Positions 26,582 to 40,640 of a stretch of 64,000 nucleotides of DNA are shown here, one piece after another. Both the position numbers and the translations under genes were made by a program. Origin of the DNA: Alphaproteobacteria bacterium (GTDB taxonomy: Bacteria; Pseudomonadota; Alphaproteobacteria; SHVV01). Within the stretch, counting starts at the first letter, position 1. Each line of letters begins with the position of its first letter. The notes under the pieces were generated by a model. That model was not told the DNA's origin and searched no databases. It was given only the letters and a program-made list of their open reading frames with translations. The stretch covers positions 3,808,001 through 3,872,000 of the forward strand of contig OZ253470.1 of assembly GCA_965261735.1 (NCBI GenBank). Reading direction: 5' to 3'.

Positions 26582-28657
26582 ATGCCCCGGATCACGCCCC
26601 TTCAGCGCTATCGCAATATCGGCATCATGGCCCACATCGATGCCGGCAAGACCACGACCACCGAGCGCATCCTTTACTACACCGGCCGCTCCCACAAGAT
26701 GGGCGAGGTGCACGACGGCGCCGCGACGATGGATTGGATGGCGCAGGAGCAGGAGCGCGGCATCACCATCACCGCGGCGGCGACGACCTGCTTCTGGCGC
26801 GATCACCGTATCAACATCATCGACACGCCGGGCCACGTTGACTTCACGATCGAGGTCGAGCGGGCGCTGCGCGTACTCGACGGCGCGGTCGCGCTGTTCG
26901 ACAGCGTGGCCGGGGTTGAGCCCCAGTCCGAGACGGTGTGGCGACAGGCCGATCGTTATGGTGTCCCGCGCATCTGTTTCGTCAACAAGATGGACCGGCT
27001 CGGCGCCGATCTCTTTCGCTGCGTCGATATGATTGCCGATCGCCTCGGCGCGGCGCCGCTGTTGGTGCAACTGCCCGTGGGCGCCGAGGGCAATTATCGC
27101 GGTGTCGTCGACCTTGTGACCATGAAGGCCGCCGTGTGGAACGACGAAACCCTGGGCGCCGAGTTCGTGGTCCAGGACATTCCCGCGGACATGGTGGGCC
27201 AGGCGGCCGAGTGCAGGACCCAGCTCATCGAGCGCGTCGTCGATCAGGTCGACTCGGTTCTCGAAGCTTATCTCGAGGGCCACGAGCCGGACGCGGACGC
27301 GCTCCGCCGTTGCATTCGCGCCGGAACGCTGGCCGGTGCGTTCGTCCCCGTCCTCAACGGCTCCGCGTTCAAGAACAAGGGCGTTCAGTTGCTGCTGGAC
27401 GCGGTGGTCGACTACCTTCCGGCGCCGACCGATGTCGCTTCCGTGCACGGCGTCGTGGCCGGCACCGAAATCCCGGCCGTGCGCAGGTCCGACGACGACG
27501 AGCCGTTCGCGGCGCTCGCCTTCAAGATCATGACCGACCCCTACGTCGGCTCGCTCACCTTCGCCCGCATCTATTCGGGCGTCCTCGAGAGTGGTAGCGC
27601 CGTCCGCAATGCGGTCAAGGGCAAGCGCGAACGCATCGGCCGCATGCTGCAGATGCACGCCAACTCGCGCGAGGACGTGAAAGAGGCGCGCGCCGGCGAC
27701 ATCATTGCGCTCGCCGGCCTCAAGCACACCAAGACCGGCGACACGCTGTGCGATCCGGCGCACCCCGTCGTGCTGGAGAGCCTCGAGTTTCCCGATCCCG
27801 TCATAGAGATCGCGGTTGAGCCCAAGACCAAGAACGATCAGGAGCGCATGGCCGAGGCCCTGACTCGCATCGCCGAGGAGGATCCGTCCTTCCGCGTCAC
27901 GCTCGATCAGGAGACCGGGCAGACCGTGATCAAGGGGATGGGCGAGCTCCATCTCGAGGTCATCGTCGACCGGCTACGCCGCGAGTTCCGCGTCGAGGCC
28001 AATGTCGGCGCCCCCCAGGTCGCCTATCGCGAGACGATCACTCGGACGGCCGAGATTACCTACACCCACCGCAAGCAGACGGGCGGCGCCGGCCAGTTCG
28101 CCGAGGTCACGCTCGTTTTCGAGCCGCTGCCGAGCGGCTCCGGCGTCGAGTTCGAGAGCAAGGTCGTGGGCGGGTCGGTCCCCAGGGAGTTCGTGGGCGC
28201 GGTGCAGAAGGGTATCCGCGCGGTCGCCGACGGCGGCATCCTGGCCGGCTTCCCGGTGATCGATTTCAAGGTCTCGCTGGTTGATGGGGCGAGCCACGAC
28301 GTCGATTCGAGCAGCCTGGCGTTCGAAATCGCCGCGATACAGGCTTTTCGCGAGGTCACGCCTCGGGTCGGGCCCAAGCTCCTGGAGCCGATGATGCGGG
28401 TCGAGGTCGTGACTCCGAGCGACTATCTTGGCGATATCATGGGCGATCTGTCGAGCCGGCGCGGTCACATGACGGGCAGTGAGCCGCGCGACCACCTCAC
28501 CGGGGTCAGCGCCATGGTGCCGCTGGCCAACATGTTTGGCTACGTCAACGGATTGCGCTCGATGAGCCAGGGCCGCGCCCAGTTCACGATGACGTTCGAT
28601 CACTATGAGCAGATACCGGAATCGGTGTCTGAGGAAGTCAGGGCGAAGCTCGCCTAA
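26582..28657 (+). CDS. fusA: Elongation factor G
   Basis: [32 protein letters not shown]. Confidence 0.98.
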   Translation: MPRITPLQRYRNIGIMAHIDAGKTTTTERILYYTGRSHKMGEVHDGAATMDWMAQEQERGITITAAATTCFWRDHRINIIDTPGHVDFTIEVERALRVLDGAVALFDSVAGVEPQSETVWRQADRYGVPRICFVNKMDRLGADLFRCVDMIADRLGAAPLLVQLPVGAEGNYRGVVDLVTMKAAVWNDETLGAEFVVQDIPADMVGQAAECRTQLIERVVDQVDSVLEAYLEGHEPDADALRRCIRAGTLAGAFVPVLNGSAFKNKGVQLLLDAVVDYLPAPTDVASVHGVVAGTEIPAVRRSDDDEPFAALAFKIMTDPYVGSLTFARIYSGVLESGSAVRNAVKGKRERIGRMLQMHANSREDVKEARAGDIIALAGLKHTKTGDTLCDPAHPVVLESLEFPDPVIEIAVEPKTKNDQERMAEALTRIAEEDPSFRVTLDQETGQTVIKGMGELHLEVIVDRLRREFRVEANVGAPQVAYRETITRTAEITYTHRKQTGGAGQFAEVTLVFEPLPSGSGVEFESKVVGGSVPREFVGAVQKGIRAVADGGILAGFPVIDFKVSLVDGASHDVDSSSLAFEIAAIQAFREVTPRVGPKLLEPMMRVEVVTPSDYLGDIMGDLSSRRGHMTGSEPRDHLTGVSAMVPLANMFGYVNGLRSMSQGRAQFTMTFDHYEQIPESVSEEVRAKLA

Positions 28658-29918
<1,261 letters not shown>

Positions 29919-29937
29919 ATAGGTATCGAGAGCAGAG

Positions 29938-30246
29938 ATGGATAGTCAGAACATTCGCATCCGACTGAAGGCTTTCGATCACCGCGTGCTCGATCAGTCG
30001 ACGAGCGAGATCGTCAGTACCGCGAAGCGCACGGGCGCCGAGGTCCGCGGGCCCATTCCGCTACCCACCAAGATCGAGAAATTCACGGTCCTGCGCTCGC
30101 CCCATATCGACAAGAAATCGCGCGAGCAGTTCGAAATCCGCACCCATCGACGCCTCCTCGACATCGTCGATCCCACGCCCCAGACCGTGGACGCGCTGAT
30201 GAAGCTCGACCTCGCGGCGGGCGTCGACGTCGAGATCAAGCTGTAG
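29938..30246 (+). CDS. rpsJ: 30S ribosomal protein S10
   Basis: [32 protein letters not shown]. Confidence 0.99.
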   Translation: MDSQNIRIRLKAFDHRVLDQSTSEIVSTAKRTGAEVRGPIPLPTKIEKFTVLRSPHIDKKSREQFEIRTHRRLLDIVDPTPQTVDALMKLDLAAGVDVEIKL

Positions 30247-30255
30247 GGGCGTGTG

Positions 30256-31020
30256 ATGCGGACCGGTTTGCTCGCCCGTAAGCTTGGCATGACCCGCGTT
30301 TTCGCCGCGGACAGCCGGCACGTGCCGGTCACCGTGCTCAGCGTGGAGGGGTGCCGCGTGGTGGCCCGCCTCAGTCAGGAAAAGAACGGCTACGACGCCC
30401 TGCAGCTCGGCGCTGGGAAGGCGCGGGTCAAGAATGTCGGCAAAGCCATGCGCGGCCACTTCGCGAAGGCGCAAGTCGAGCCGACGATGAAGCTCGCCGA
30501 GTTTACCATCGCGCCCGAGGCCGCCGTCGAGGTCGGCGCCGAGCTGTCGGCCAGCCACTTCGTGCCCGGTCAGCGCGTCGACGTGGTCGGCACGTCGATC
30601 GGCAAGGGCTTTGCCGGCAGCATGAAGCGCCATAATTTCAAGGGGCTCGAAGCCACGCACGGCGTGTCGGTGTCGCACCGCTCGCACGGCTCGACCGGCA
30701 ACCGCCAGGATCCGGGCCGCGTGTTCAAGGGCAAGAAGATGGCCGGGCACCTCGGCGACGAACGGGTGAGCATCCAGAACCTGGAGGTGGTGGCGGTCGA
30801 CGAGGCGCGCGACCTCATCATGGTGAAGGGGGCGGTGCCGGGCGCCAAGGGGGGCTGGGTACGGGTTTCGGACGCGGTCAAGGCGCGGCGGCCCGAGGAG
30901 GCGCCCTTTCCGGCGGCGATCAAGTCGGCCGGAGGCGCCGCGGCGGTCGAGGCGGAGCAGGCGGTGCCTGATGAGGGCAACGCCGATACGGCGGGCGAAA
31001 GCCCGGCTGAGGCGTCATGA
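30256..31020 (+). CDS. rplC: 50S ribosomal protein L3
   Basis: [24 protein letters not shown]. Confidence 0.98.
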   Translation: MRTGLLARKLGMTRVFAADSRHVPVTVLSVEGCRVVARLSQEKNGYDALQLGAGKARVKNVGKAMRGHFAKAQVEPTMKLAEFTIAPEAAVEVGAELSASHFVPGQRVDVVGTSIGKGFAGSMKRHNFKGLEATHGVSVSHRSHGSTGNRQDPGRVFKGKKMAGHLGDERVSIQNLEVVAVDEARDLIMVKGAVPGAKGGWVRVSDAVKARRPEEAPFPAAIKSAGGAAAVEAEQAVPDEGNADTAGESPAEAS

Positions 31021-31637
31021 AGGCCAAGGTGACAACGCTCGACAACAAGAGCGGTGGCACGATCGAGCTCGCCGATTCGGTGTTCGGCGTGGGCGCTCGG
31101 CCCGACATTCTGCACCGCGTCGTCACGTGGCAGCTGGCCAAGCGTCGCGCCGGCACCCACAAGATCAAGACGGTGCGCGAGATCGCGGGCTCCGGCGCCA
31201 AGATCTACCGCCAGAAGGGCACCGGCCGGGCTCGCCACAGCACGCGCCGCGAGAACATTTTTCGTGGCGGCGCCAAGGCCTTCGGGCCGGTGCTACGCAG
31301 CCACGCGTACGGCCTACAGAAGAAGGTGCGCAAGCTCGGGCTGAGGATGGCCCTGTCGAGCAAGCAGGCCGCGGGCGAGCTGTCGATTCTCGATAACGCC
31401 GGTCTCGAGGCCGGTAAGTCGAAGCTCCTGGCAGGCAAGCTCGCCGCCCTGGGGTGGGCCTCGGCGCTCATTATCGATGGCCCCGAGATCGACACCAACC
31501 TCAAGCGCGCCGCATCCAATCTGCCGGGAATCGACGTCCTCCCGGAGCAAGGCGCCAATGTCTACGACATTCTCCGCTGCGGCCGGTTGGTGCTCACGCG
31601 TGCGGCCGTGGAGCGGCTCGAGGCGCGCCTGGCATGA
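31017..31637 (+). CDS. rplD: 50S ribosomal protein L4
   Basis: [10 protein letters not shown]. Confidence 0.98.
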   Translation: MKAKVTTLDNKSGGTIELADSVFGVGARPDILHRVVTWQLAKRRAGTHKIKTVREIAGSGAKIYRQKGTGRARHSTRRENIFRGGAKAFGPVLRSHAYGLQKKVRKLGLRMALSSKQAAGELSILDNAGLEAGKSKLLAGKLAALGWASALIIDGPEIDTNLKRAASNLPGIDVLPEQGANVYDILRCGRLVLTRAAVERLEARLA

Positions 31638-31927
31638 ACCCCGAGCGCAAATACGATATCATCCGGGGCCCGGTGATCACCGAGAAGTCGACCCGCGGCT
31701 CGGAGTGGAACCAGGTCACCTTTCGCGTCGCCATAGACGCCACCAAGGCCGACATCAAGGAGGCGGTGGAAGCGCTCTTCGACGTCAAGGTGGTCGGTGT
31801 CAATACCCTCCGGGTGAAGGGCAAGACCAAGCGCTTCAGGGGCCGCTCCGGGCGCCGACCAGATGCCAAAAAGGCGATCGTCCGCCTCGAGGAAGGCCGC
31901 TCGATCGACATCACGGCGGGGATCTAG
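31634..31927 (+). CDS. rplW: 50S ribosomal protein L23
   Basis: [27 protein letters not shown]. Confidence 0.97.
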   Translation: MNPERKYDIIRGPVITEKSTRGSEWNQVTFRVAIDATKADIKEAVEALFDVKVVGVNTLRVKGKTKRFRGRSGRRPDAKKAIVRLEEGRSIDITAGI

Positions 31928-31930
31928 GGC

Positions 31931-32758
31931 ATGGCGCTCAAGAACTACAGACCCACCACCTCATCGCGCCGCGGTCTCGTCCTCGTCGACCGCTCGGCCC
32001 TCTGGAAGGGCGGGCCGGTCAAGGGCCTGACCGAGGGCCTGACCGGCTCGGGGGGGCGCAACAACAGGGGTCGGATGACGCTGCGGCACCGTGGCGGCGG
32101 CCACAAGCGGGCTTACCGCAAGGTCGACTTCAAGCGCACGAAGTTCGACGTGCCCGGTACCGTCGAGCGGATCGAGTACGATCCCAACCGGACCGCTTTC
32201 ATCGCCCTCGTCCGCTACGAGGATGGGACGCAAGCCTACCTCCTCGCGCCGCAGCGCCTGCAGGCGGGCGATACCGTGATCGCCGGCGAGCGCGTCGACA
32301 TCAAGCTCGGTAACGCCATGCCGATGAAGAGCATTCCCGTCGGAACGATCATTCACAACATCGAAATGAAAGCCGGAAAGGGCGGCCAGATTGCGCGCTC
32401 CGCCGGCACCTATGCCCAGCTCGTCGGCAAGGATGCGGGCTACGCCCTGCTGCGGCTCTCCTCGGGCGAGCAGCGCATGGTCCGTGCGGAAGGCATGGCC
32501 ACCATTGGCGCGATCTCCAACCCGGACCACCAGAACATCAAGCTCGGCAAGGCCGGGCGCAACCGCTGGCTCGGCAAGCGTCCGTCGGTACGCGGCGTTG
32601 CCATGAACCCGGTGGACCACCCGCATGGTGGCGGCGAGGGTCGAACCTCGGGTGGACGCCATCCCGTCACGCCGTGGGGGAAATCCACCAAGGGCAAGCC
32701 GACCCGGGGCAAGAAGGCCAGCGACAAGTACATCCTTCGGCGCAGGACGCGGAAGTAG
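31931..32758 (+). CDS. rplB: 50S ribosomal protein L2
   Basis: [22 protein letters not shown]. Confidence 0.99.
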   Translation: MALKNYRPTTSSRRGLVLVDRSALWKGGPVKGLTEGLTGSGGRNNRGRMTLRHRGGGHKRAYRKVDFKRTKFDVPGTVERIEYDPNRTAFIALVRYEDGTQAYLLAPQRLQAGDTVIAGERVDIKLGNAMPMKSIPVGTIIHNIEMKAGKGGQIARSAGTYAQLVGKDAGYALLRLSSGEQRMVRAEGMATIGAISNPDHQNIKLGKAGRNRWLGKRPSVRGVAMNPVDHPHGGGEGRTSGGRHPVTPWGKSTKGKPTRGKKASDKYILRRRTRK

Positions 32759-32772
32759 GGGGCGCGGCGGTC

Positions 32773-33051
32773 ATGGCGCGATCGGTATGGAAGGGGCCGT
32801 TTGTCGACGGCTATATCCTCAAGAAGGCGGAGGCCGCGCGCAATGCGGGGCGCAAGGACGTGATCAAGATCTGGTCGCGCCGCTCGACGATCCTGCCGCA
32901 GTTCGTCGGCCTCACCTTCGGCGTCTACAATGGCCGCCGTTTCGTGCCGGTCCTGGTGACCGAGAGCATGGTCGGGCACAAGTTCGGCGAGTTTTCGCCG
33001 ACCCGCACCTTCCATGGCCACTCCGGCGACAAGAGGGCGAGGCGAGCCTGA
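32773..33051 (+). CDS. rpsS: 30S ribosomal protein S19
   Basis: [23 protein letters not shown]. Confidence 0.98.
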   Translation: MARSVWKGPFVDGYILKKAEAARNAGRKDVIKIWSRRSTILPQFVGLTFGVYNGRRFVPVLVTESMVGHKFGEFSPTRTFHGHSGDKRARRA

Positions 33052-33431
33052 TGGGCAAGTCGGCCTTCCCGCGCGTGCTGACCGAGACCGAGGCCAAGGC
33101 GGTCGGGCACTCGATTCGTATCGGCGCGCGCAAGCTCAACCTCGTCGCCGGGCTCATTCGCGGCAAGCACGTGAACAAGGCGCTGGCCGAGCTCACCTTC
33201 TCCAAGCGGCGCATCGCCCAGGACGTCAAGAAGGTGCTCCAGTCCGCGATCGCGAACGCCGAGAACAACCATCAGCTCGATGTCGATCGGCTGTTCGTCG
33301 CCGAGGCGAGCGTCGGCAATTCCCTGGTCATGAAGCGCTTTCGCCCGCGCGCCCGGGGCCGGGTCGGGCGCATCGAAAAGCCCTACAGCCATCTCACCGT
33401 CGTCGTACGCGAACGCGAGGAGCCCGCCTGA
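33051..33431 (+). CDS. rplV: 50S ribosomal protein L22
   Basis: [20 protein letters not shown]. Confidence 0.98.
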   Translation: MGKSAFPRVLTETEAKAVGHSIRIGARKLNLVAGLIRGKHVNKALAELTFSKRRIAQDVKKVLQSAIANAENNHQLDVDRLFVAEASVGNSLVMKRFRPRARGRVGRIEKPYSHLTVVVREREEPA

Positions 33432-34111
33432 TGGGTCAGAAAGTCAATCCCGTGGGCCTGCGCCTCGGGATCAACCGAACCTGGGATTCGCGCTGGTTCG
33501 CGACCGCCGACGAATACAGCGATCTGTTGCACGAGGATCTCGCGATCCGCCGCTACCTCCACGATCGGTTGAGCCAGGCCGGCGTCAGTCGGGTGGTGAT
33601 CGAGCGCCCCGCCAAGAAGGCGCGGGTGACCATCCATACCGCGCGGCCGGGCGTCGTCATCGGCAAGAAGGGCGCCGACATCGAGCGCCTGCGAGTCGAC
33701 CTCGCCAGGATGACCAACAGCGAGGTCCACCTCAACATCATCGAAATCCGCAAGCCCGAGATCAATGCTCGGCTGGTGGCGGAAAACATCGCCCAGCAGT
33801 TGCAGCGCCGGGTCGCCTTTCGGCGCGCGATGAAGCGGGCGGTGCAGTCGGCGATGCGCTTGGGCGCGCTTGGCATCCGCATCAACTGCGCGGGGCGCCT
33901 CGGCGGGGCCGAGATCGCGCGCGCCGAATGGTATCGCGAGGGGCGGGTGCCGCTGCACACGCTGCGGGCCGACATCGACTACGGTGAGATCACGGCGCGC
34001 ACCGCGTACGGGACCTGCGGCGTCAAGGTGTGGGTGTTCAAGGGCGAGATCATGGCCCACGATCCCATGGCCCAGGACAAGAAGATCGCCGAACAGCAGG
34101 TTGGGCGTTGA
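33431..34111 (+). CDS. rpsC: 30S ribosomal protein S3
   Basis: [27 protein letters not shown]. Confidence 0.99.
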   Translation: MGQKVNPVGLRLGINRTWDSRWFATADEYSDLLHEDLAIRRYLHDRLSQAGVSRVVIERPAKKARVTIHTARPGVVIGKKGADIERLRVDLARMTNSEVHLNIIEIRKPEINARLVAENIAQQLQRRVAFRRAMKRAVQSAMRLGALGIRINCAGRLGGAEIARAEWYREGRVPLHTLRADIDYGEITARTAYGTCGVKVWVFKGEIMAHDPMAQDKKIAEQQVGR

Positions 34112-34126
34112 GGTCGGAGAGCGAAC

Positions 34127-34546
34127 GTGCTGAGCCCCAAACGCACCAAGTTCCGCAAGGCCCACAAGGGTCGTGTGCACGGCGCCGCCAAGGGCGCGAC
34201 GACGCTCAATTTCGGCGCCTATGGCATGAAGGCGGTCGACCCCGGTCGCATCACGGCGCGCCAGATCGAGGCGTGCCGACGCGCCATCACGCGCCACTGC
34301 AAGCGCGCCGGGCGGGTGTGGATCCGCGTCTTCCCCGACGTGCCGGTGAGCCAGAAACCGACCGAGGTGCGCATGGGCAAAGGCAAGGGCACGCCCGAAT
34401 TCTGGATGTGCCGCATCAAGCCCGGCCGCATCCTGTTCGAGCTCGATGGCGTGCCTCGGGCCCTGGCACGCGAGGCCTTCGACCTCGGCTCCGCCAAGCT
34501 GCCGATCGGCACGCGCTACGTGACGCGCCTCGGCGAGGAGGTCTAG
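34127..34546 (+). CDS. rplP: 50S ribosomal protein L16
   Basis: [21 protein letters not shown]. Confidence 0.98.
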   Translation: MLSPKRTKFRKAHKGRVHGAAKGATTLNFGAYGMKAVDPGRITARQIEACRRAITRHCKRAGRVWIRVFPDVPVSQKPTEVRMGKGKGTPEFWMCRIKPGRILFELDGVPRALAREAFDLGSAKLPIGTRYVTRLGEEV

Positions 34547-34548
34547 AG

Positions 34549-34749
34549 GTGAAGGCCGAGGACCTCAAGGGCGCGAGCCTCGACAACCTGACGGACCAGG
34601 TGATGGACCTGAAGAAGGAGGCCTTCAACCTGCGCTTTCAGCGCGCCAGCGGCCAGCTCGAGAACACCGCCCGCATGCGCCAGGTGCGGCGCGACATCGC
34701 CCGCATCAAAACCGCGCTGCGCCAGCGCCAGAAGAGAGTGGGGACCTAG
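34549..34749 (+). CDS. rpmC: 50S ribosomal protein L29
   Basis: GTG start; [31 protein letters not shown]. Confidence 0.95.
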   Translation: MKAEDLKGASLDNLTDQVMDLKKEAFNLRFQRASGQLENTARMRQVRRDIARIKTALRQRQKRVGT

Positions 34750-34754
34750 CTGCG

Positions 34755-34994
34755 ATGCCGAGGCGAATCGTACAGGGCGTGGTCACGAGTGCCGCCGGCG
34801 ACAAGACGGTCGTCGTGCGCGTCGAACGGCGCGTGATGCACCCGATCTACAAAAAGATCATCCGCCGCTCCAGCAAGCTGCACGCGCACGATGCGGCGAA
34901 CCGCTTGAAGACCGGCGACACGGTGCGCATTCGCGAGTGCCGCCCGATCTCGAAGCTGAAACGGTGGGAAGTGATCGACGGCGAGGCATCATGA
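34755..34994 (+). CDS. rpsQ: 30S ribosomal protein S17
   Basis: [27 protein letters not shown]. Confidence 0.98.
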   Translation: MPRRIVQGVVTSAAGDKTVVVRVERRVMHPIYKKIIRRSSKLHAHDAANRLKTGDTVRIRECRPISKLKRWEVIDGEAS

Positions 34995-35037
34995 TGGCAC
35001 GCGTCCGCAAGCCCGCCGCGCCAGCGAGTCGGGCCCG

Positions 35038-35406
35038 ATGATTCAGGTCGAAACCAGGCTCGAGGTGGCCGACAACTCCGGCGCGCGCAAGGTCGAGTGC
35101 ATCAAGGTGCTCGGCGGTTCCAAGCGCAGGAGCGCCACCGTCGGCGACATCATCGTGGTCACGGTGAAAGAGGCGATTCCGCGAGGGCGCGTAAGCAAGG
35201 GCGACATTCACCGCGCCGTCGTCGTGCGCACGGCCAAGGAGATTCGGCGCGCCGACGGTAGCGCCATCCGCTTCGATCGCAATGCGGCCGTCCTCATCAC
35301 GCCCCAAGGCGAGCCTATCGGCACCCGCATCTTCGGCCCCGTGACGCGCGAGCTGAGGGCGCGCCAGCACATGAAGATCGTTTCGCTGGCGCCGGAGGTG
35401 CTGTGA
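35038..35406 (+). CDS. rplN: 50S ribosomal protein L14
   Basis: [23 protein letters not shown]. Confidence 0.99.
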   Translation: MIQVETRLEVADNSGARKVECIKVLGGSKRRSATVGDIIVVTVKEAIPRGRVSKGDIHRAVVVRTAKEIRRADGSAIRFDRNAAVLITPQGEPIGTRIFGPVTRELRARQHMKIVSLAPEVL

Positions 35407-35726
35407 TGGCGGCGCGCGTGCGTAAGGGTGACGAAGTCATCGTCGTCACGGGCAGGGACAAGGGACGCAAGGGCAGCGTCCTGCGCGTTCGGGTCAAGGA
35501 GGGTCGCGCGCTGGTGCAGGGTGTCAACATGGTCAAGCGCCACACCAAGCCGAGCGCGGCGGCCGGGCGCGGCGGCGTCATCGAGAAGGAGGCGCCGATT
35601 CACCTCTCGAACCTCGCGCTTATCGACCCCAAGACGGGGCAGGCCACGCGCGTCGGCTTCAAGTTTCTGGCCGACGGGCGCAAAGTGCGGTACGCGCGGC
35701 GCTCGGGCGAGGTGATCGACCTGTGA
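35406..35726 (+). CDS. rplX: 50S ribosomal protein L24
   Basis: [23 protein letters not shown]. Confidence 0.98.
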   Translation: MAARVRKGDEVIVVTGRDKGRKGSVLRVRVKEGRALVQGVNMVKRHTKPSAAAGRGGVIEKEAPIHLSNLALIDPKTGQATRVGFKFLADGRKVRYARRSGEVIDL

Positions 35727-35733
35727 GGGCAGC

Positions 35734-36276
35734 ATGAAAATCCGCATGCGCGAGCACTACGAGGCGACGGTCAAGCCGGCGATGCACGCCAAGTTCGCCT
35801 ATGGCAACCCGATGCAGGTGCCCCGGCTCGAGAAGATCGTCCTCAACATGGGCATCGGCGAGGCCTCGCGCGACGGCAAGAAGATGGTCGCGGCGGTGGC
35901 CGATCTGACGGCCATTTCGGGCCAGAAGCCGATCGTCACCAAGGCGACCAAGTCGATCGCGGCGTACAAACTGCGCGCCGGCATGGACGTGGGCTGCAAG
36001 GTGACGCTGAGGGGCGATCACATGTATGAGTTTCTCGACCGCCTGATCACCATCGCCCTACCCCGGGTGCGTGATTTTCGCGGGCTATCGGGACGCAGCT
36101 TCGATGGGCGCGGCAACTATGCCCTGGGCTTGCGCGAACAGATCGTTTTCCCGGAGATCGACTACGACAAGGTCGACGAGATCCGAGGCCTCGACGTGGT
36201 CATCGCGACGACGGCCCACAATGACGAAGAGGGACGCGAGCTGCTTTCTGCCTTCGGCTTGCCGTTTACCCGCTGA
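35734..36276 (+). CDS. rplE: 50S ribosomal protein L5
   Basis: [26 protein letters not shown]. Confidence 0.98.
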   Translation: MKIRMREHYEATVKPAMHAKFAYGNPMQVPRLEKIVLNMGIGEASRDGKKMVAAVADLTAISGQKPIVTKATKSIAAYKLRAGMDVGCKVTLRGDHMYEFLDRLITIALPRVRDFRGLSGRSFDGRGNYALGLREQIVFPEIDYDKVDEIRGLDVVIATTAHNDEEGRELLSAFGLPFTR

Positions 36277-36313
36277 CGCGGGAGCCGATCGCTGGATGCA
36301 GGAGAGGAGCTAA

Positions 36314-36619
36314 ATGGCCAAGAAAAGCGCGGTGGAAAAGAACGCCCGGCGAGCGCGCCTGGCGGCACGCTGGGGGCCGCGGCGGGCCCGCCTCAAGGCG
36401 ATCGCCAATGATGCCTCGCAGCCGCAGGAGGAGCGCTTCGCGGCGCGCCTCAAGCTCGCCGAGCTGCCGCGCAACGCATCGCCCGTGCGCGTGCGCAACC
36501 GCTGTCGCATCACTGGCCGTCCGCGCGGATTTTACCGCAGGCTCAAGATGTCGCGGATCGCCCTGCGACAACTCGCCTCGGCCGGCCAGATACCCGGCAT
36601 GACTAAGTCGAGCTGGTAG
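36314..36619 (+). CDS. rpsN: 30S ribosomal protein S14 (long, zinc-free type)
   Basis: [24 protein letters not shown]. Confidence 0.98.
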   Translation: MAKKSAVEKNARRARLAARWGPRRARLKAIANDASQPQEERFAARLKLAELPRNASPVRVRNRCRITGRPRGFYRRLKMSRIALRQLASAGQIPGMTKSSW

Positions 36620-36629
36620 GGGGCGGCCC

Positions 36630-37028
36630 ATGACCATGTCCGATCCGCTCGGCGATATGCTGACGCGCATACGCAACGGCCAAAAGGCCGGGCTTACGAC
36701 GGTCGCGACGCCGGCCTCCAAGCTGCGCGCCAACGTTCTCGACGTGCTCCGTCAGGAGGGTTACATCCGCGGCTACGAGCGTCGCGAGGTGGGGCCCGGG
36801 AAGTCCGAGCTCGTCATCGAGCTCAAGTACCACGAAGGGGCGCCGGTGATCCGCACGATAGGGCGCGTGTCGCGGCCGGGCCGGCGCGTCTATTCGGCGA
36901 TCAAGAGCCTGCCCCGGATCCAGAGCGGCCTCGGTATCGCCATTTTATCGACGCCGAAAGGGGTCATGTCGGATGGCGAGGCGCGCGCCGCCAAGGTCGG
37001 TGGCGAAGTGCTGTGCAACGTGGTGTAG
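36630..37028 (+). CDS. rpsH: 30S ribosomal protein S8
   Basis: [26 protein letters not shown]. Confidence 0.98.
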   Translation: MTMSDPLGDMLTRIRNGQKAGLTTVATPASKLRANVLDVLRQEGYIRGYERREVGPGKSELVIELKYHEGAPVIRTIGRVSRPGRRVYSAIKSLPRIQSGLGIAILSTPKGVMSDGEARAAKVGGEVLCNVV

Positions 37029-37038
37029 GGGAGTAGAG

Positions 37039-37572
37039 GTGTCGCGCATCGGATCGCAGCCGGTCACCATCCCGGACGGCGTCAAGGTCGAACTTTCGGG
37101 CCGCGACGTCGCCGTGAGCGGCAAGCTCGGCGCGCTCGACATGGTGCTGGTCGAGGAGGTCGGTGCCGCGCTCGAGGAGTCTCGTGTCGTCGTGACGCCG
37201 CGCGACGACAGCCGGCGTGCGCGCGCCATGTGGGGCATGCAGCGCACGCTGCTCAACAACATGGTGACCGGCGTCTCGCAGGGCTTCAAGATCGAGCTCG
37301 ACATCGTCGGCGTCGGCTATCGTGCCGCGGTCGAGGGCGCTGAGCTCACCCTCCAGCTCGGCTACAGCCACCCGGTCCACTACCCGATCCCGGACGGCAT
37401 CAGCATCAGCTGCGCGCGCCCGACGAGAATCGCGATCGAGGGTATCGACAAGCAGAGGGTCGGGCAGGTCGCGGCCGTTATTCGCGCATTTCGCAAGCCC
37501 GAGCCCTACAAGGGCAAGGGCATACGCTACGCCGACGAAATCGTTCACCGCAAGGAAGGCAAGAAGAAGTAG
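37039..37572 (+). CDS. rplF: 50S ribosomal protein L6
   Basis: GTG start SRIG; [11 protein letters not shown]. Confidence 0.98.
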   Translation: MSRIGSQPVTIPDGVKVELSGRDVAVSGKLGALDMVLVEEVGAALEESRVVVTPRDDSRRARAMWGMQRTLLNNMVTGVSQGFKIELDIVGVGYRAAVEGAELTLQLGYSHPVHYPIPDGISISCARPTRIAIEGIDKQRVGQVAAVIRAFRKPEPYKGKGIRYADEIVHRKEGKKK

Positions 37573-37579
37573 GTCCGCC

Positions 37580-37951
37580 ATGGCGAGCGCCAACAAAGGC
37601 AATCGTGTGACCGAACAGCGCAAGGCGAGGGTGCGCCATCGGCTGCGCAAGCACGCCCACGGGCTGCCGCGGCTCTCGGTGTTTCGGTCGCACCAGCACA
37701 TCTATGCCCAGGTCATCGACGACGGGCAGGGGGTCACGCTGGCTGCCGCATCGAGCCTCGAGAAGGAGATGCGCGAGAACCTCGCCAAGGGCGGCGACAA
37801 AGCCGCGGCCGGGGCGGTCGGGAAGAAGATTGCCGAGCGCGCGCAGGCGGCCGGTGTCAGCGCCGTGGTCTTCGACCGCGGCGGCTATCTGTTTCACGGT
37901 CGAGTGAAAAGCCTCGCCGATGCCGCCCGCGAAGGCGGGCTGAAGTTTTAG
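37580..37951 (+). CDS. rplR: 50S ribosomal protein L18
   Basis: [29 protein letters not shown]. Confidence 0.98.
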   Translation: MASANKGNRVTEQRKARVRHRLRKHAHGLPRLSVFRSHQHIYAQVIDDGQGVTLAAASSLEKEMRENLAKGGDKAAAGAVGKKIAERAQAAGVSAVVFDRGGYLFHGRVKSLADAAREGGLKF

Positions 37952-37968
37952 CCTGGTTGGAGTCTTAA

Positions 37969-38514
37969 ATGGCGCGTAGCTACGGACAAGATCGAGGCGA
38001 CGGCGACCTGGTGGACAAGCTGGTTAGCATCAACCGCGTCGCCAAGGTGGTGAAGGGCGGCCGGCGCTTCGGCTTTGCCGCGCTCGTGGTCGTTGGTGAT
38101 CAGAAGGGCCGGGTCGGTCACGGCAGCGGCAAGGCGCGCGAAGTACCGGAGGCGATCCGCAAGGCGACGGAGGCAGCCAAGCGTCGCCTGATCCGGGTGC
38201 CGCTCCGTGAGGGGCGCACGCTGCATCACGACCTCGTCGGTAAGTTCGGCGCTGGAAAGGTGATCCTGCGCGCCGCCCCGCCCGGTACGGGCATCATCGC
38301 CGGCGGGCCGATGCGCGCCGTGTTCGAGACGCTCGGGGTACAGGACGTGGTGACCAAGTCGGTCGGCAGCGCCAACCCCTACAACATGGTCAAGGCCACG
38401 TTCCGCGCGCTCGAGGCCATGATGTCGCCGCGCTCGGTGGCCGCCCGGCGGGGCAAGAAAGTCGGCGATATCCTCGGCCGTGGCGCGACCGAGCAGGCGG
38501 CGAGCGAGGAGTAG
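37969..38514 (+). CDS. rpsE: 30S ribosomal protein S5
   Basis: [22 protein letters not shown]. Confidence 0.98.
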   Translation: MARSYGQDRGDGDLVDKLVSINRVAKVVKGGRRFGFAALVVVGDQKGRVGHGSGKAREVPEAIRKATEAAKRRLIRVPLREGRTLHHDLVGKFGAGKVILRAAPPGTGIIAGGPMRAVFETLGVQDVVTKSVGSANPYNMVKATFRALEAMMSPRSVAARRGKKVGDILGRGATEQAASEE

Positions 38515-38518
38515 AGCC

Positions 38519-38716
38519 ATGGCCGCCGGCGACGCAGCGAAGATCCGCGTCACCCAGATCGGCAGCCCCTCGGGGCGGCCCAAGGACCAGCGCGCCACGC
38601 TGATCGGCCTCGGGCTGAACAAGCTGCACCGCACGCGCGAGCTGGAAGACACCCCGGCCGTGCGTGGCATGGTGGCCAAGGTGAGCCACCTGGTGCGCAT
38701 CGAAACCGAGGAGTGA
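38519..38716 (+). CDS. rpmD: 50S ribosomal protein L30
   Basis: [25 protein letters not shown]. Confidence 0.97.
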   Translation: MAAGDAAKIRVTQIGSPSGRPKDQRATLIGLGLNKLHRTRELEDTPAVRGMVAKVSHLVRIETEE

Positions 38717-38756
38717 GGCCCATGGCCGGCCGCGAGACCACGCGAGGGAAAACCTG

Positions 38757-39284
38757 ATGGAGCTCAATCGCCTCGCCGACAACCCCGGTGCCCGGCGCCG
38801 GGCGATGCGCGTCGGCCGTGGTATCGGGTCGGGCAAGGGCAAGACCGCCGGCCGGGGCCACAAGGGCCAGAATTCGCGCTCCGGTGTCGCCAGCAAGGGC
38901 TACGAGGGCGGCCAGATGCCGCTCGCCCGGCGCCTGCCCAAGCGTGGCTTCAAGAACATCAACAGGAAGGTGCCCGACATCGTCAATCTGGGCCGCCTGC
39001 AGACGGCGATCGATCGCGGCAAGATTGATTCGCATACGCCGGTGACGATCCCCATATTGCGGGGGGCCGGTTTGGTGGGTCGCGCACGCGACGGCGTGCG
39101 ATTGCTCGCCAAGGGCGAGCTGACGGCCAAGCTTCAGATTGAGGTGACCGGTGCTTCACAGGCCGCCATCGCCGCGGTGGAGAAGGCCGGCGGCAGTGTG
39201 AGCGTTGCGGTGCCGGCCAAGGCGGCCGGCAAGAGTGCCGGGAAGGAAGCCAGCGGACCGGAGGAGGCCGGCGCGCCGGCCTAG
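38757..39284 (+). CDS. rplO: 50S ribosomal protein L15
   Basis: [28 protein letters not shown]. Confidence 0.98.
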   Translation: MELNRLADNPGARRRAMRVGRGIGSGKGKTAGRGHKGQNSRSGVASKGYEGGQMPLARRLPKRGFKNINRKVPDIVNLGRLQTAIDRGKIDSHTPVTIPILRGAGLVGRARDGVRLLAKGELTAKLQIEVTGASQAAIAAVEKAGGSVSVAVPAKAAGKSAGKEASGPEEAGAPA

Positions 39285-39296
39285 CGGGAAACAGGG

Positions 39297-40640
39297 ATGC
39301 CATCCGCCGCCGAACAACTCGTCGCCAATCTCAACTTTGGTGCGCTCAGCAAGGCCACCGAGCTGAAGAAGCGTATCTGGTTCACGCTCGGCATCCTGGT
39401 CATCTACCGCCTCGGCACCTACATCCCCATCCCCGGCATCGATCCGACCGTTCTCGCCGAGGTGTTCCGCCAACAGCAGGGTGGCATCCTCGGCATGTTC
39501 GACATGTTCGCGGGCGGTGCGCTGAGCCGGATGACGATCTTCGCCCTCAATGTCCTGCCCTATATCTCGGCGTCGATCATCGTCCAGCTCCTGACCACGG
39601 TCTCGCCCCACCTCGAACAGCTCAAGAAGGAAGGCGAGCAGGGGCGAAAAAAGATCAATCAATACACGCGCTACGGGACCGTGCTCCTGGCGACGGTGCA
39701 GGGCTACGGGCTCGCGGTCGGGCTCGAGAACATGACCGGGTCATCGGGCAGCGCGGTCCTCGATCCCGGCCTCTTCTTCCGCCTCACGACCGTGGCGACG
39801 ATCACCGGCGGCGTCATCTTCCTGATGTGGCTCGGCGAGCAGATCACCGCGCGCGGCATCGGCAACGGCATCTCGCTCATCATTTTCGCCGGCATCGTCG
39901 CCAATCTGCCGGCGGCCCTGGCCAATACCCTTGAGCTCGGCCGTACCGGGGCGCTGCAGGCATGGTTCATCATGTTCCTGATCGCCATGGTTGTAGCCGT
40001 CATCGCCTTCATCGTGTTCATCGAGCGTGCCCAGCGACGGGTCGTCGTTCAGTACCCCAAGCGCCAGGTGGGCGCGCGCATGTTCGGCGGCGAGAGCTCG
40101 CATCTGCCGCTCAAGCTCAATACGGCCGGCGTCATTCCGCCGATCTTTGCCTCCTCGCTGCTGCTTCTGCCGATCACGATGGCCAGCTTCTCCGCGAGCC
40201 AGGGGCCCGATTGGCTGCTCTCGGTGACGGCGCTGCTGGGCCGCGGCCAGCCGCTCTATCTGCTGCTGTACGTGTCCTTCATCGTCTTCTTCTGCTTCTT
40301 CTACACCGCGGTGGTGTTCAACCCCGCCGACACCGCGGACAACCTGAAGAAGTATGGCGGCTTCATTCCGGGTATCCGGCCCGGCAACAACACGGCGGAG
40401 TTCCTCGACCACCTGCTGACCCGGCTGACGACGGTCGGCGCTCTCTACCTGTCCGCGGTCTGCGTCCTGCCGGAAATCCTGATCTCGCAATACGCGGTGC
40501 CGTTCTATTTCGGCGGGACCTCGCTTCTAATCGTCGTCAACGTGAGCACCGACACCGTCAATCAGGTGCAGTCGCACCTACTCGCGCACCAGTATGAGGG
40601 GTTGATCAAGAAGGCGAAGCTCAAGGGGCGCGGGCGTTGA
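39297..40640 (+). CDS. secY: Preprotein translocase subunit SecY
   Basis: PYISASII, WLGEQIT..GIGNGISL, FIPGIRPG, GGTSLLI. Confidence 0.99.
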   Translation: MPSAAEQLVANLNFGALSKATELKKRIWFTLGILVIYRLGTYIPIPGIDPTVLAEVFRQQQGGILGMFDMFAGGALSRMTIFALNVLPYISASIIVQLLTTVSPHLEQLKKEGEQGRKKINQYTRYGTVLLATVQGYGLAVGLENMTGSSGSAVLDPGLFFRLTTVATITGGVIFLMWLGEQITARGIGNGISLIIFAGIVANLPAALANTLELGRTGALQAWFIMFLIAMVVAVIAFIVFIERAQRRVVVQYPKRQVGARMFGGESSHLPLKLNTAGVIPPIFASSLLLLPITMASFSASQGPDWLLSVTALLGRGQPLYLLLYVSFIVFFCFFYTAVVFNPADTADNLKKYGGFIPGIRPGNNTAEFLDHLLTRLTTVGALYLSAVCVLPEILISQYAVPFYFGGTSLLIVVNVSTDTVNQVQSHLLAHQYEGLIKKAKLKGRGR

